Source: an uncultured Gammaproteobacteria bacterium
Lineage (GTDB): Bacteria > Patescibacteriota > Microgenomatia > PFEM01 > JAPLYW01
Assembly (NCBI GenBank): GCA_964546445.1
Contig: CAZJJY010000002.1
Location: 1-38,099, forward strand
DNA length: 38,099 nt
Direction of reading: 5' to 3'
The notes under the pieces are model-generated. The model searched no databases, was not told where the DNA came from, and saw nothing but the letters and a program-made list of their open reading frames with translations. A program made the translations under genes and the position numbers. Of the stretch, positions 1-9,974 are shown piece after piece (within the stretch, counting starts at the first letter, position 1; each line of letters opens with the position of its first letter).

Positions 1-22
1 TAAAAAAGAAACTAAAACAAAG

Positions 23-50
23 AAAGAGCAATAAAGCTCTTTTTGTTTTT
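23..50 (+). terminator. Rho-independent terminator-like hairpin (possibly bidirectional)
   Basis: Hairpin AAAGAGC (23-29) / GCTCTTT (36-42) with a 6-nt loop, followed by TTGTTTTT. It lies between an off-window + strand gene end (taa at 1-3) and the 3' end of aspS. Confidence 0.45.
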
Positions 51-62
51 AAGGAGGTTATT

Positions 63-1469
63 TTATTCTTCGTCGTCAACAATTTTAACAATCTTTTCAA
101 GCAAACTATCATCTTTTTTCCCTCTTTCTTTCCCAAACTTAGACAAAGGAACATCAACCCTCTCTAAATCTCTTGGGAATAAAGAAGCTTCTCTAATATT
201 ACTAAGCCCTAGTACATTTTGAGTAATTCGCTCTAATCCTAGACAAAAACCCCCTTCAGGTGGCATCCCATATTTAAAGGCTTGTAAGTAAAAAGAAAAA
301 TTATCTGGATTATAACCACGACCTTTAATACTGTTTAAAAGTTGCTTGTAATCGTTAATTCTCTGTCCACCGGTTATCCATTCAACTCCTTTTCCTAAAA
401 TATCAAAACTTAATGTATTTTTTGGATCTTTAGGATCAGGATAGGTATACATTGGTCTTTTGTCTGTTGGATAATGAGTAATAATAACCAAATCAGAACC
501 TTTTTCTTCTAAAGCCCAACGACAAATCTCTCTTTCATCTTCTGGGCTTAAATCTGGTTCCTTGCGATTATCTTTTTTTGTTCTTTTATAAATAATTTCC
601 AAGGCTTCTCTAAGTTTTAGAACTGGAGTTTCTTTGACTGTCTTTGGTAAATCTAGTTTCTTATCATATTCCCTAAGTTTTTTAAAAATAAATTTCAAAA
701 GATCATCAGCTAATTTATAAATATCTTCCCAACTATTAATGAAACCCATCTCTGCGTCTAATCCAACGTATTCTGTTATATGTCGAGTGGTAATACTCGG
801 TTCAGCCCTGTAAGCATGCGCAATCGTAAAAACCCTCTCAAAAACACCAACGCCAATTTGTTTATAAAACTGAGGGCTTTGGGCTAAATAAGCATCATAA
901 TCAAAATAATTAATCTTAAAAAGTTCAGCTCCGCCTTCAGTAGCCGTAGCTGTAATAGTTGGACAAAAAATTTCTGTAAAATCATTATCCGTTAAATATT
1001 GCCTGAACGACTGAACTATTTTTTCTTGAATTTTGAAAATAGATTTTTGAGAAGGATGACGTAAACTTAAAGGTCTATAATCAAGCAAAGTTGGTAATTG
1101 CAAGTTTAACTTTTTTTCTCCAATATCAAAAGGTAATTCTGCTGCTTTAGAAATAATATTTACTTTTTCTGCTTCAATTTCAACAGTTCCTGTAAGAATA
1201 TTTTTATTGACCATTGAAGATGGTCTTTTCTTAACTTTACCGACAATTTCAATAATATCTTCATTCCTAAATTCAGCTAATTTTTTACTACCAACAACTT
1301 GAATAATCCCTGAACGATCACGAAGATCGATAAAAACCAATTTCCCATGATCACGATAACTATCAACCCAACCTGAAAGCTGAACTTCTTTGCCTATTTT
1401 TTTGATTGCTTCTTTAACTAGAGTTCTATCCATGTTTTTAATTCTAGCTTTTATGCCTATTTTTTGCAA
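63..1469 (-). CDS. aspS: Aspartate--tRNA ligase, archaeal/eukaryal-type class IIb
   Basis: N-terminal OB fold GWVDSYRDHGKLVFIDLRDRSG. Motif 2-like YRAEPSITTRHITEYVGLDAEM, then GGQRIND, then motif 3 YLQAFKYGMPPEGGFCLGLERI. AsnRS is not fully excluded. Confidence 0.8.
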   Translation of the reverse strand: MQKIGIKARIKNMDRTLVKEAIKKIGKEVQLSGWVDSYRDHGKLVFIDLRDRSGIIQVVGSKKLAEFRNEDIIEIVGKVKKRPSSMVNKNILTGTVEIEAEKVNIISKAAELPFDIGEKKLNLQLPTLLDYRPLSLRHPSQKSIFKIQEKIVQSFRQYLTDNDFTEIFCPTITATATEGGAELFKINYFDYDAYLAQSPQFYKQIGVGVFERVFTIAHAYRAEPSITTRHITEYVGLDAEMGFINSWEDIYKLADDLLKFIFKKLREYDKKLDLPKTVKETPVLKLREALEIIYKRTKKDNRKEPDLSPEDEREICRWALEEKGSDLVIITHYPTDKRPMYTYPDPKDPKNTLSFDILGKGVEWITGGQRINDYKQLLNSIKGRGYNPDNFSFYLQAFKYGMPPEGGFCLGLERITQNVLGLSNIREASLFPRDLERVDVPLSKFGKERGKKDDSLLEKIVKIVDDEE

Positions 1470-3110
1470 TTACTTTAATTTAATATCTTTTAATCTAAGT
1501 TGCAATTTTTTATGTCCATTCCAGGTATTAATTAAAAAATTATAAGCAATATCAATTGGTTTCTCTCTATTTAACTTTGAATAAAATTCACCCATATTAA
1601 AACCAATCGCTTCTAATACTTGCCCACTACCATCTTCAACCTTCATTTTCAAATGTTGGTTATCTGTCCCCATAAGTTGAGCATCTGAAACTTTTACCTG
1701 AGAAGTTGTAAAAACAGGTTCTGAATTACCCCGCCCAAAAGGATATAATTCTTGTATTATTCTATGTAGATCAAAATTCAATATCTCTAAATCTAGCTCT
1801 ACATCAATTTTTGTAGTTGGAGAAAGATCAACCTTTCCTAAAGCCTCTTCAGTTATTTTTAAAAGTTTGTTTTTAAAAGTTTGAATTTTATCTGTTTTAA
1901 TAGTAAATCCGGCTGCTTTGGGATGTCCCCCTGAAGAAGTTAAAAGATGATCACAACTTTGGATTGCTTCAATAATATTAAACTCATCGATTGAACGAGC
2001 TGAGGCCCGAGAAAACTTTTCTCCCTGAGAGATGATAATAGTTGGTCTATAAAATTCTTCCATTAATTTACCAGCTACTAAACCAATTATTCCTTCATGA
2101 TAACTTTCATGAGTAATAAAAATTAAATTACCTTTCTTTTTTTCTGCCAACCAAATATCCTTGGCATGTAAAACTGCCTTTGTGGTTAGTTCCCTTCTTT
2201 CTTTGTTTTTTTGATCAATTCTTTGAGCTAAACTAATGGCTCTATTCTCATCCAGTGTACAAAGAAGCCTTAATGCTTCCATTGGATCATCTACCCTTCC
2301 TGAAGCATTTAATCGAGGACCAATAACAAAACCAATTTCATAAACTCCAATTGTCGATCTGTTCAAAGAGGCAAAATCAAATAATGACAAAAGTCCTAAT
2401 CTTTTTGTTTTTCTTAAAGAGTCAATTCCATATTTAACCAAAGAACGATTCACTCCTACCAAAGGAATCATATCGGTAATAGTGGCCATGGCTACTAAAT
2501 CTAAACCAAAATTATTATTCTTTAGATCTAGAAGTTTATTGGCTAAGTACCAGCCTGTAGTTGCCCCGGCAATTAAAGTACTATGTATAATGGCTTTGGC
2601 CTGTTTAGGATATCTCCTCTTATCAATAACATGATGATCGCAGACAATGATATCAACACCTAATTCTTTTGTCTCACTAACAGCTTTTCCTGCCACAATA
2701 CCATTATCAACGGTAATAATTAATTTCACTCCATCATTAGCAAACTCTTTAACTTTTTCAATTTTTAAACCATAACCTTCATCACGACTAGGAATAAATG
2801 GTAAGGCATCTGCTTTTAATTTAAATAGTGCCTCCCATAAAACAGCCGCTCCGCAAATACCATCAGCATCATAATCGCCATAGACAATAATTCTTTCTTT
2901 GTTTTTGATGGCTGTTTTAATTCTTGAAATAGCTTTTTTTATTTCAGATGAAGAAAGACCTAAATCTTTATGAGTTAAATCTTTAATCTTTTTAGGATCT
3001 AAAAAATCATCAATTTCTTTCTTTGTCTTTAATCCTCTATTATTTAAAAGAATCTTCAAAAGCTGATCTTTATCTTTGATCTTTTGTTTATTTAATAATT
3101 TCCATTTCAT
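1470..3110 (-). CDS. recJ: Single-stranded-DNA-specific exonuclease RecJ
   Basis: DHH-family motifs VYGDYDADGICG, VDNG and IIVCDHH, plus DHHA1-like GGHPKAAG. 546 aa. Confidence 0.9.
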   Translation of the reverse strand: MKWKLLNKQKIKDKDQLLKILLNNRGLKTKKEIDDFLDPKKIKDLTHKDLGLSSSEIKKAISRIKTAIKNKERIIVYGDYDADGICGAAVLWEALFKLKADALPFIPSRDEGYGLKIEKVKEFANDGVKLIITVDNGIVAGKAVSETKELGVDIIVCDHHVIDKRRYPKQAKAIIHSTLIAGATTGWYLANKLLDLKNNNFGLDLVAMATITDMIPLVGVNRSLVKYGIDSLRKTKRLGLLSLFDFASLNRSTIGVYEIGFVIGPRLNASGRVDDPMEALRLLCTLDENRAISLAQRIDQKNKERRELTTKAVLHAKDIWLAEKKKGNLIFITHESYHEGIIGLVAGKLMEEFYRPTIIISQGEKFSRASARSIDEFNIIEAIQSCDHLLTSSGGHPKAAGFTIKTDKIQTFKNKLLKITEEALGKVDLSPTTKIDVELDLEILNFDLHRIIQELYPFGRGNSEPVFTTSQVKVSDAQLMGTDNQHLKMKVEDGSGQVLEAIGFNMGEFYSKLNREKPIDIAYNFLINTWNGHKKLQLRLKDIKLK

Positions 3111-3123
3111 TTTTATTTTATAA

Positions 3124-3152
3124 TGAACAATCTCTGTTTATTGTGCTATAAT
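3124..3152 (+). promoter_or_regulatory. Sigma70-like promoter for cca
   Basis: TGAACA (3124-3129), a 17-nt spacer, then extended -10 TGcTATAAT (3144-3152), about 33 nt upstream of the cca ATG. Confidence 0.4.
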
Positions 3153-3184
3153 TTGAATAGAAAACCACCAATCATTTTACCAAG

Positions 3185-4564
3185 ATGAAGATTAACTTAC
3201 CAGCGTTTGTTGAAAAAATCCTCGATACATTTGAAAAAAACAATTATCAAATCTACATTGTTGGTGGTGGTGTTAGAGACATGATTATGGGTAAAAAACC
3301 ACTTGATTGGGACTTTACCACTAATGCCAAACCTGAAGTAATTTTAACTCTTTTTGATGACGCCTTCTATGGTAATAAATTTGGAACTGTTAGCATTCCT
3401 GACCCTAGAGAAAAAAAAGATAAATTTGGCAAGCCTGCTGTTTATGAAATAACAACCTTTCGAAAAGAAGCTGGCTATTCAGACGCTCGTCATCCAGATA
3501 AAGTTACTTGGGGAAAAACTATTGAAGATGATTTAATCCGAAGAGACTTCACTATGAACGCCATTGCTCTCAAAAAAGAAAATGGAAATTTTAAGATTAT
3601 CGATCCTCATAAAGGGCAGGAAGATATAAAGAAAAAAATAATTAGGGCTGTTGGTAAGCCAGAAACAAGATTTAAAGAAGATGCCCTACGGATGATGAGA
3701 GCTGTAAGATTAGCCACTCAACTTAGTTTTTCTATTGAAAAAGATACTTTTCAAGCCATTAAAAATAATGTTGATTTAATTGACAAGATTAGTGCTGAAA
3801 GAATAAGAGATGAACTTTTTAAACTTTTCTCCTATGAACACAATGCCGATGGCTATATGCTCTTAAGGAATTCTGGTTTAGTTGAAAAAATACTTCCAGA
3901 AACAGAAAAAGGCTTTGGTATCAACCAAAAAAGTCCTAAACGTCATCATATCTGGGATGTTGGTACTCATTCTGTAAAATCTCTCCAAGTATCTAAATCA
4001 ACCGATCCTGTTTTAAATTTAGCTATTTTGCTTCATGATGTTGGTAAACCTTTGGTAGCTCAAAAACTAAAAGACGGTACTCCAACTTTTTATAATCATG
4101 AAGTTGTTGGGGCAACTATTGCCCAAAGTATTGCCAAAAGATTAAAGCTCTCTAATAAAGATAAAAAAAGATTAGTAACTTTAGTCAGATGGCATCAATT
4201 CACTCTTAATGAAAATCAAACTGATAAAACTATTAGAAGATTTATTAAAAATGTTGGTAAAGAAAATATAGAAGATATGTTTACCTTAAGGAGGTCAGAT
4301 AGATTAGGTAGTGGAGCTAAAGAAACTTCTTGGAGATTAAAAAAATTTAAAAAGAAAATAAAAGAAGTCCAAAAACAACCATTTAAAGTAACTGATCTTA
4401 AAGTAAATGGTAAAGATGTTATAAAAACACTTAAAATTAAACCAAGCCCAACCGTAGGTAAAATCCTAAATAATCTTTTTAATGAAGTCGTCAATCACAA
4501 AGTAGAAAATAAAAGAGAGATACTCCTTAAAAGGATAAAGGAAGTTAAGAAACTTAAAATTTAA
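3185..4564 (+). CDS. cca: CCA-adding tRNA nucleotidyltransferase with HD domain
   Basis: PolyA-pol/CCA head motif IVGGGVRDMIMGKKPLDWDFTT and RRDFTMNA. C-terminal HD motif LLHDVGKP. Confidence 0.85.
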   Translation: MKINLPAFVEKILDTFEKNNYQIYIVGGGVRDMIMGKKPLDWDFTTNAKPEVILTLFDDAFYGNKFGTVSIPDPREKKDKFGKPAVYEITTFRKEAGYSDARHPDKVTWGKTIEDDLIRRDFTMNAIALKKENGNFKIIDPHKGQEDIKKKIIRAVGKPETRFKEDALRMMRAVRLATQLSFSIEKDTFQAIKNNVDLIDKISAERIRDELFKLFSYEHNADGYMLLRNSGLVEKILPETEKGFGINQKSPKRHHIWDVGTHSVKSLQVSKSTDPVLNLAILLHDVGKPLVAQKLKDGTPTFYNHEVVGATIAQSIAKRLKLSNKDKKRLVTLVRWHQFTLNENQTDKTIRRFIKNVGKENIEDMFTLRRSDRLGSGAKETSWRLKKFKKKIKEVQKQPFKVTDLKVNGKDVIKTLKIKPSPTVGKILNNLFNEVVNHKVENKREILLKRIKEVKKLKI

Positions 4565-5761
4565 TTATTTCTTTCTTGAATTTCTGTAGGAAGCTTTAAC
4601 ACTTAAAACAAATGCTCCTAGTCCAACGGTAATAAAGACGAAGTTAACAATACCGCCAATGATAGGAAGTATACTTAAAACATAATAAATTAATAATCCA
4701 ATAACCAATCCCCATCCTAAAGTATTTTTAATTTTAGAATTAGCAAGTATTTTTTGCCCAATAAAGAAAGCGACAAAAATCTTTGCAAAATAAACAAGAA
4801 GTATAAACAAAGGAATCAAAAGCATTAAGAATGGAATACCGACGATACTAACGGCTAAAAAGATAAGTAAAAAGACAAAGATAATTGGAGTTAAAATACC
4901 TACTCCTAAACTACCAAGTGGTCTTTTTTGGATAACATCAATAACTCCTTTAGTTCTCTTAGAGAAAAGATACAAGAAAAGTAAACCCAAACCAATGGCA
5001 ATTAAAAAGGCCACAAATTTAAGATAGATACTTACTGTTAAAAATCCGAAGAAAGCAAAAGGAGCAAAGTTTTTAAATAAATCCTTATCTTTTAAAAATG
5101 CTTTCTCTTTGGTTTTCTCATAATTAATTTCTCCTAAAACTATTCCTTCTTCAATCTCCACTTCTTGGGATGATTGATAATCAAAATTACCTAAAACTTG
5201 AGCCCCTTTAGCAAAATTGATATTTTCAAAAGCTCCTTTGAAATCACGATTAACTAAACTAGCAAGATTAACTTCTTGAGCATAGACAGTTAAATCTTTC
5301 CCAACAGGAGCATCTAAGCTAAACAACTGACCTCCAGCTAAAATACTTCCAGAAATTTGAGCCTCCTTACTAATAGTCAAAGCATTACCAAAAACATTTA
5401 GATTTTTACCAATAATTCCACTTATAGAAATATTATTTCCACCAATCCTCACATCATCAGTTACTTGCCCTGAAATAGTAATTGTATTGGCTCCAGCTAA
5501 TAAATCACCATTTATTGTTCCATCAATAACTATATTATTAGCTCCAGCAAAAACATCGCCATTGACGATGCCTGAAATAGTGACTGTTGTTCCACCTAAA
5601 AAAAGATCTTTATTAATAACTTCATCTTTACCAATAACAACATTAGCTTGTTTACTTTCGGCCGCATCGGTAGATACCTCTACCGCTGAAATATTTTTAC
5701 CAAAAAAAGAAAAACAGGCCACGAAGGTTAAAATGACAAAAAGAAGTTTTTTGATCATCAA
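4565..5761 (-). CDS. Membrane protein with a bactofilin-like beta-helix repeat domain and a polytopic C-terminal anchor
   Basis: N-terminal signal/anchor MMIKKLLFVILTFVACFSFFG. About seven 17-20-aa repeats (GDVFAGANNIVIDGTIN, GDLLAGANTITISGQVT, DDVRIGGNNISISGIIG and others). Roughly 4-5 hydrophobic helices in the last 170 aa. Confidence 0.6.
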   Translation of the reverse strand: MMIKKLLFVILTFVACFSFFGKNISAVEVSTDAAESKQANVVIGKDEVINKDLFLGGTTVTISGIVNGDVFAGANNIVIDGTINGDLLAGANTITISGQVTDDVRIGGNNISISGIIGKNLNVFGNALTISKEAQISGSILAGGQLFSLDAPVGKDLTVYAQEVNLASLVNRDFKGAFENINFAKGAQVLGNFDYQSSQEVEIEEGIVLGEINYEKTKEKAFLKDKDLFKNFAPFAFFGFLTVSIYLKFVAFLIAIGLGLLFLYLFSKRTKGVIDVIQKRPLGSLGVGILTPIIFVFLLIFLAVSIVGIPFLMLLIPLFILLVYFAKIFVAFFIGQKILANSKIKNTLGWGLVIGLLIYYVLSILPIIGGIVNFVFITVGLGAFVLSVKASYRNSRKK

Positions 5762-5795
5762 GGATAAAATAGCAAATTAAAATTTAAAAGTCAAA

Positions 5796-6668
5796 TTATT
5801 TTCTTTCTTTTAGCTTTTGCCAGACAACCAGAAGAGGCACAGCATTAAAGGTTGAAGAATAAGTTCCTGAAACTGTTCCAATCAGTAAAGCCAAGACAAA
5901 CCATTTAATTGTTACTCCACCTAATAAAAACAAAGCAATTAACATAAATATAATAGTCAAAGAATTATTAAGTGATCTTGATAAAGTTTCAGTAATAGCT
6001 TTATTAGCTAAACTTTCAAAATCAGTTTTGGGATAATTCTTTTGTGATTCTCTTATCCTGTCATAAACGACAATTGTGTCATGAACTGAGAAAGATAAAA
6101 CCGTCAGTACAGCTGTGACAAATAAAGTATCAATTTCAACATTCAAGAAGTGTCCCAGTAAAGAAAAAATACCAATTAAAACTAAAGTGTCATGGAACAT
6201 TGCTAAAATGGCACAAACTCCAAATTTGGCATTTTTAAAACGCCAAGTAACATAACCGACAATGAATCCAGCCGCTAGAATAATAGCCACAATTGTTTTT
6301 ATTAAAAGCTCTCTCCCTAAAGTTGGGCCAACCGTTTCAAAACGAAGCTCTATGGGTGCTTGACTTAATTCACTTTCCAAAACTTCTATTATTTTTAAGT
6401 CTTGGCCATTTTCTATTGGAGGAAGTCTTAGAAGATAAGTATTATCTCCTGAAGATTGAATAGAACTTAAATGATATTCATTTTTTTCTAAAACTTCGGC
6501 TATCTTTTCTTTTTCAACTTGTTCTTCAAATTTATATTCAGCTAAAGTCCCTCCAGTAAAATCAATGGAAGGTTTTAAACCAAAACGAATCAAGGAGAAA
6601 ATTCCTGGGATAATAACCAAAGCTGATATTAAAAAATAAAGATATTTAAACTTCATCCATCTAATCAT
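5796..6668 (-). CDS. secF: Protein translocase subunit SecF
   Basis: SecF-type N-terminus (FDFTGGT-like IDFTGGTL), six-TM profile, and a 4-nt overlap with secD. Confidence 0.9.
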   Translation of the reverse strand: MIRWMKFKYLYFLISALVIIPGIFSLIRFGLKPSIDFTGGTLAEYKFEEQVEKEKIAEVLEKNEYHLSSIQSSGDNTYLLRLPPIENGQDLKIIEVLESELSQAPIELRFETVGPTLGRELLIKTIVAIILAAGFIVGYVTWRFKNAKFGVCAILAMFHDTLVLIGIFSLLGHFLNVEIDTLFVTAVLTVLSFSVHDTIVVYDRIRESQKNYPKTDFESLANKAITETLSRSLNNSLTIIFMLIALFLLGGVTIKWFVLALLIGTVSGTYSSTFNAVPLLVVWQKLKERK

Positions 6669-8011
6669 CTTTTTACCTCCGCTTTAGTAAAAGTCCTCAA
6701 TAATGTTCGAGTAACGGCAATTCCAGTGAATAAACTTAAAATAACTCCCAATCCTAATGTCAAAGCAAAACCCCTCACCATTCCTGAACTATTCAAAAAT
6801 GACCAATTAAAAGGATTAAACAAAATAAAACAGGTAATTAAAGTGGCCACGTTAGCATCTCTTATCGAATCCCAAGCTCTGCCAAAACCAAGCTCTACGG
6901 CCATGGCTCTTGGTTTACCATCTCTTATTTCTTCTTTCATTCTTTCAAAGATTAAAATATTAGCGTCAACGGCCATCCCCACCGACAAGATAAAACCAGC
7001 TACTCCAGGCAAAGTTAAAGTTATCGGAATTAATTTATAAATAGTTAAAGTTACCAAACCATAAACAATGAGAGCTAAACTGGCTAAAACACCAAGTTTT
7101 CCATAATAAGAAATCATAAAAACGATAACCATCAATAAACCAATTAAACCAGCGTTAACGCTTTTTTGGACTGAATCAGCCCCCAGAGTGGCTCCAATAT
7201 TACGCTGTTCAATAAGAGTTATTGGAACAGGTAAAGCCCCAGCATTTAACTGAATGACTAATTGTTTTGCTTCTTCAATTGTAAATTCGCCACTGATAAT
7301 TGCCTCTCCAGTAGTAATCCTTTCCTGTACTGTTGGAGCTGTAACTGGAAATTCATCCAAAAAGATGGCCACCTGTTTACTAATATTTCTACCGGTAATT
7401 TCAGAAAACTTCGTTCCTCCTTCTGAAGAAAATATTAACCCAACTGTTGGCTGACCTGTGTTTGGATCAAATTTAACTTCGGCTTTAGTCAAATCTTTTC
7501 CCGTTAAACCAGTCTGTTTAAAATCAAAGATAGTCGCCGCCGCCGTTGCTTCTTCTTCTAGTTCTCTAAAATCTAATTGAGCTGTTTGACCAATTAAATC
7601 AACGGCCGTGTTGATATCTTCGACTCCTGCAAGCTCAACAATTAAACGATAATCATCGCCAGCCCTAGAAGTTTGGATAACTGGTTCTGTTACTCCAAAA
7701 AGATTAACTCTTTTTTCAATATTATCCCTAGAAGCTTCGATGGCTGCTTTTTGATCTTCTTTTTTAACCTCGGCCATATCGGCTTGAAAAACTAAATGAG
7801 CCCCACCAGCTAAATCAATTCCTTTCTTAATTTCCAGATCTCTTTTTAAACTAAAACTACCTGCTTTCCAATTTAAAGCAGGTCTTTTAATCTCTTGATC
7901 AATACTAAAATTTCTAAAAGAAAATTTAACCGGAATTACTCCAGGTAAAGAAACATATAAAGAAACTAAGGTTAGAATAATAATAAACCAAAGTAAACGA
8001 CGATTTTTCAT
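6665..8011 (-). CDS. secD: Protein translocase subunit SecD
   Basis: GIDLAGGAHLVF, a periplasmic domain, and an RND-like C-terminal TM bundle (LPGVAGFILSVGMAVDANILIFERMKEE). Confidence 0.9.
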   Translation of the reverse strand: MKNRRLLWFIIILTLVSLYVSLPGVIPVKFSFRNFSIDQEIKRPALNWKAGSFSLKRDLEIKKGIDLAGGAHLVFQADMAEVKKEDQKAAIEASRDNIEKRVNLFGVTEPVIQTSRAGDDYRLIVELAGVEDINTAVDLIGQTAQLDFRELEEEATAAATIFDFKQTGLTGKDLTKAEVKFDPNTGQPTVGLIFSSEGGTKFSEITGRNISKQVAIFLDEFPVTAPTVQERITTGEAIISGEFTIEEAKQLVIQLNAGALPVPITLIEQRNIGATLGADSVQKSVNAGLIGLLMVIVFMISYYGKLGVLASLALIVYGLVTLTIYKLIPITLTLPGVAGFILSVGMAVDANILIFERMKEEIRDGKPRAMAVELGFGRAWDSIRDANVATLITCFILFNPFNWSFLNSSGMVRGFALTLGLGVILSLFTGIAVTRTLLRTFTKAEVKR

Positions 8012-8214
8012 TTTTTATTTTTTTTCTTTCTTAAGAGGCCCTGAGAAAGTGGCAGTTGCTTAGTCCCCGAAAAAGTATAAACAATTTGACCTGTTTCTGG
8101 TTCAATCTCAACTTCAACATCACCACCTGATTTAAGCCCTAATGATTGAGCAAACCTTGAAGGAATAGTGACAGCTAGACTATTACCAGTCTTAATTATC
8201 TTTTGTCTACTCAT
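8008..8214 (-). CDS. AbrB/MazE/SpoVT-family DNA-binding protein (solitary antitoxin-like)
   Basis: Swapped-hairpin motif KIIKTGNSLAVTIPSRFAQSLGLKSGGDVEV. 68 aa. Its stop overlaps the secD start (ATGA). Confidence 0.7.
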   Translation of the reverse strand: MSRQKIIKTGNSLAVTIPSRFAQSLGLKSGGDVEVEIEPETGQIVYTFSGTKQLPLSQGLLRKKKNKK

Positions 8215-8222
8215 TTTTAAAA

Positions 8223-8801
8223 CTATTCTTCAGAAAAAGCCTCTTCATCTCCAATTAACATTACTTTTGATGACGATAAAATTCCCAATAAGAAAGGATC
8301 TCTTCTTTTTTTGCGAAAATTAAATTCTTCTCTAGTCATAACACTGTAATTGACTTCCCGACCTGTTTCTTTTTCCGTTTCTTTAACAATACTCGATAAT
8401 TTCTGCATGTCAATCTCACCCACAACCAACAAGTCAACCTCGTCTTCCCTTGTCTTTAAACCTCGCGCCATTTTCCCTGACAAAAGAGCAAATTTAACAT
8501 TACCTAATTTTCCTTTTCTTTTAACAATTTCTCCACCTAAACCAACTGTTTTTGAAACTAAGGAAATTAAATCTTGATAAAGAGGATAGTCTTTATTAAA
8601 CCAGTAGTAGATTCTATTCCCTCTGTTCTCCTTCTTAACCATCCCTAATCTTTCCATTCTTTGAAGTTCTCTTCTAACAGCATTAATTTCCTCTTTTAAA
8701 AGACGAACTAACTGGCGAATATAAAACATTTCTTTTGGTTGGGAAAGAAGGGTCTGGAGCAGTTTGACTCGTACCTTAGATACCATCAGGTCTTGAAGCA
8801 T
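8223..8801 (-). CDS. Winged-HTH (ArsR-like) regulator fused to a nucleotidyltransferase-like C-terminal domain
   Basis: N-terminal wHTH (FYIRQLVRLLKEEINAVRRELQRMERLGMV). The C-terminal segment VDLLVVGEIDMQKLSSIVKETEKETGREVNYSVMTREEF resembles a minimal NTase fold. Confidence 0.55.
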   Translation of the reverse strand: MLQDLMVSKVRVKLLQTLLSQPKEMFYIRQLVRLLKEEINAVRRELQRMERLGMVKKENRGNRIYYWFNKDYPLYQDLISLVSKTVGLGGEIVKRKGKLGNVKFALLSGKMARGLKTREDEVDLLVVGEIDMQKLSSIVKETEKETGREVNYSVMTREEFNFRKKRRDPFLLGILSSSKVMLIGDEEAFSEE

Positions 8802-8813
8802 AATTCTTTGATG

Positions 8814-9974
8814 TTAATAACTAACTTCACTTCCTATAGGAATAATTTCAATCCAAATAGGTCCACCGTTAAATGAGATTTCTTTGCCTTTACTATCAGC
8901 AAAGGTTGTCCTTGACTCTCGTTCATCTTTTTCCCAAGTTCCTTTAATGGCTTCTCCATCTTGAAAGACAACCGCACTACCTGATCCTGTCGTCTTATAC
9001 AAAAGATGTTTTAACTCATCAATTGGACCAGTTTCTTTCATATATTGAACAACGATTGTTTTAGCTTTGACTTGAGAATCATCATTTTTATCTATGTAAC
9101 CACTACCACCATTAGTTCTTGCATATTGATTGCTCTCTTTATCATATTTCCAGTTAACAGCGTAGTCTGTTCCATTCTCCCAAAACTCAAAACTGATTTT
9201 ATCAACATTCCCTCTGTCTTCTTCTTTTTTATCATCTTTAAATTTCCAAACAACAAAATTTTCATCCCAAGCATTTCCTTCATCATCAACATTAGTCAAT
9301 TCTCTTTTCTTAGCCACTTCCCAAAGTTTTTGTGTCGTTGAGTACATGGTATGTTCAGTCGCTACTGGATGACCTAGTCTTTCATAATCTCGCCAAAAAA
9401 CTGGAAACCCTAAAGAGAATTGATTCATATCATTGCCTTTTCTTAACCAACCATAATCACCAATTTGCCCTAAAGCATCGGCCTTACCGGGTTTATTAGC
9501 TCCACCGACATGAGCATAAAGTGGATAATCTCCATATTCTGAAGCAAAATCCATAAAGTAAGTTCGGGCTGAACGAACCGGCCCGATAGTTACCTCTTGA
9601 CCTGCTCCACAATAAAAGACAGCCAAGAAACGAGTAATTCCACCTTCAGCTATCGCTTCATAAACAATATCAGCCGAAGATAGCCCTGATTGAGGACGTG
9701 ATTCGGCATGATTTTCAATCATAACTGTTAAGGGACGTCTTGTTTCCCAAATTCTACGTTCGGCCTTACTAAACATTTTTCCATTTAAAGGACATGCTTC
9801 TGTTTTAGGAGCTTCAGGATCAATAATAAAACCACCCTTACCATCATGTAATGGAGAAAGTAAGCCTAAAGAAGGACCACCTAGATAATTAAACAAAGCA
9901 AAAGAAATACCAGAAGAAGCTAAGTATAATAGTATACCGCCAATAATTAAAACTAATTTTTTATTTTTCATCAT
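8814..9974 (-). CDS. DUF3048 (YerB-like) secreted/lipoprotein-like protein
   Basis: N-terminal TM/signal sequence. The hallmark RPLTVMIENHAESRPQSGLSSADIVYEAIAEGGITRFLAVFY matches my recollection of the DUF3048 core. Confidence 0.7.
   Translation of the reverse strand: MMKNKKLVLIIGGILLYLASSGISFALFNYLGGPSLGLLSPLHDGKGGFIIDPEAPKTEACPLNGKMFSKAERRIWETRRPLTVMIENHAESRPQSGLSSADIVYEAIAEGGITRFLAVFYCGAGQEVTIGPVRSARTYFMDFASEYGDYPLYAHVGGANKPGKADALGQIGDYGWLRKGNDMNQFSLGFPVFWRDYERLGHPVATEHTMYSTTQKLWEVAKKRELTNVDDEGNAWDENFVVWKFKDDKKEEDRGNVDKISFEFWENGTDYAVNWKYDKESNQYARTNGGSGYIDKNDDSQVKAKTIVVQYMKETGPIDELKHLLYKTTGSGSAVVFQDGEAIKGTWEKDERESRTTFADSKGKEISFNGGPIWIEIIPIGSEVSY

Noticed and set aside
63-1469. Alternative call of asparaginyl-tRNA synthetase for the class IIb synthetase.
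   Set aside because: GGQRIND and YLQAFKYGMPPEGG fit the archaeal-type AspRS pattern better than the AsnRS pattern as I recall it. This is not proven without a profile search, so confidence was kept below 0.9.
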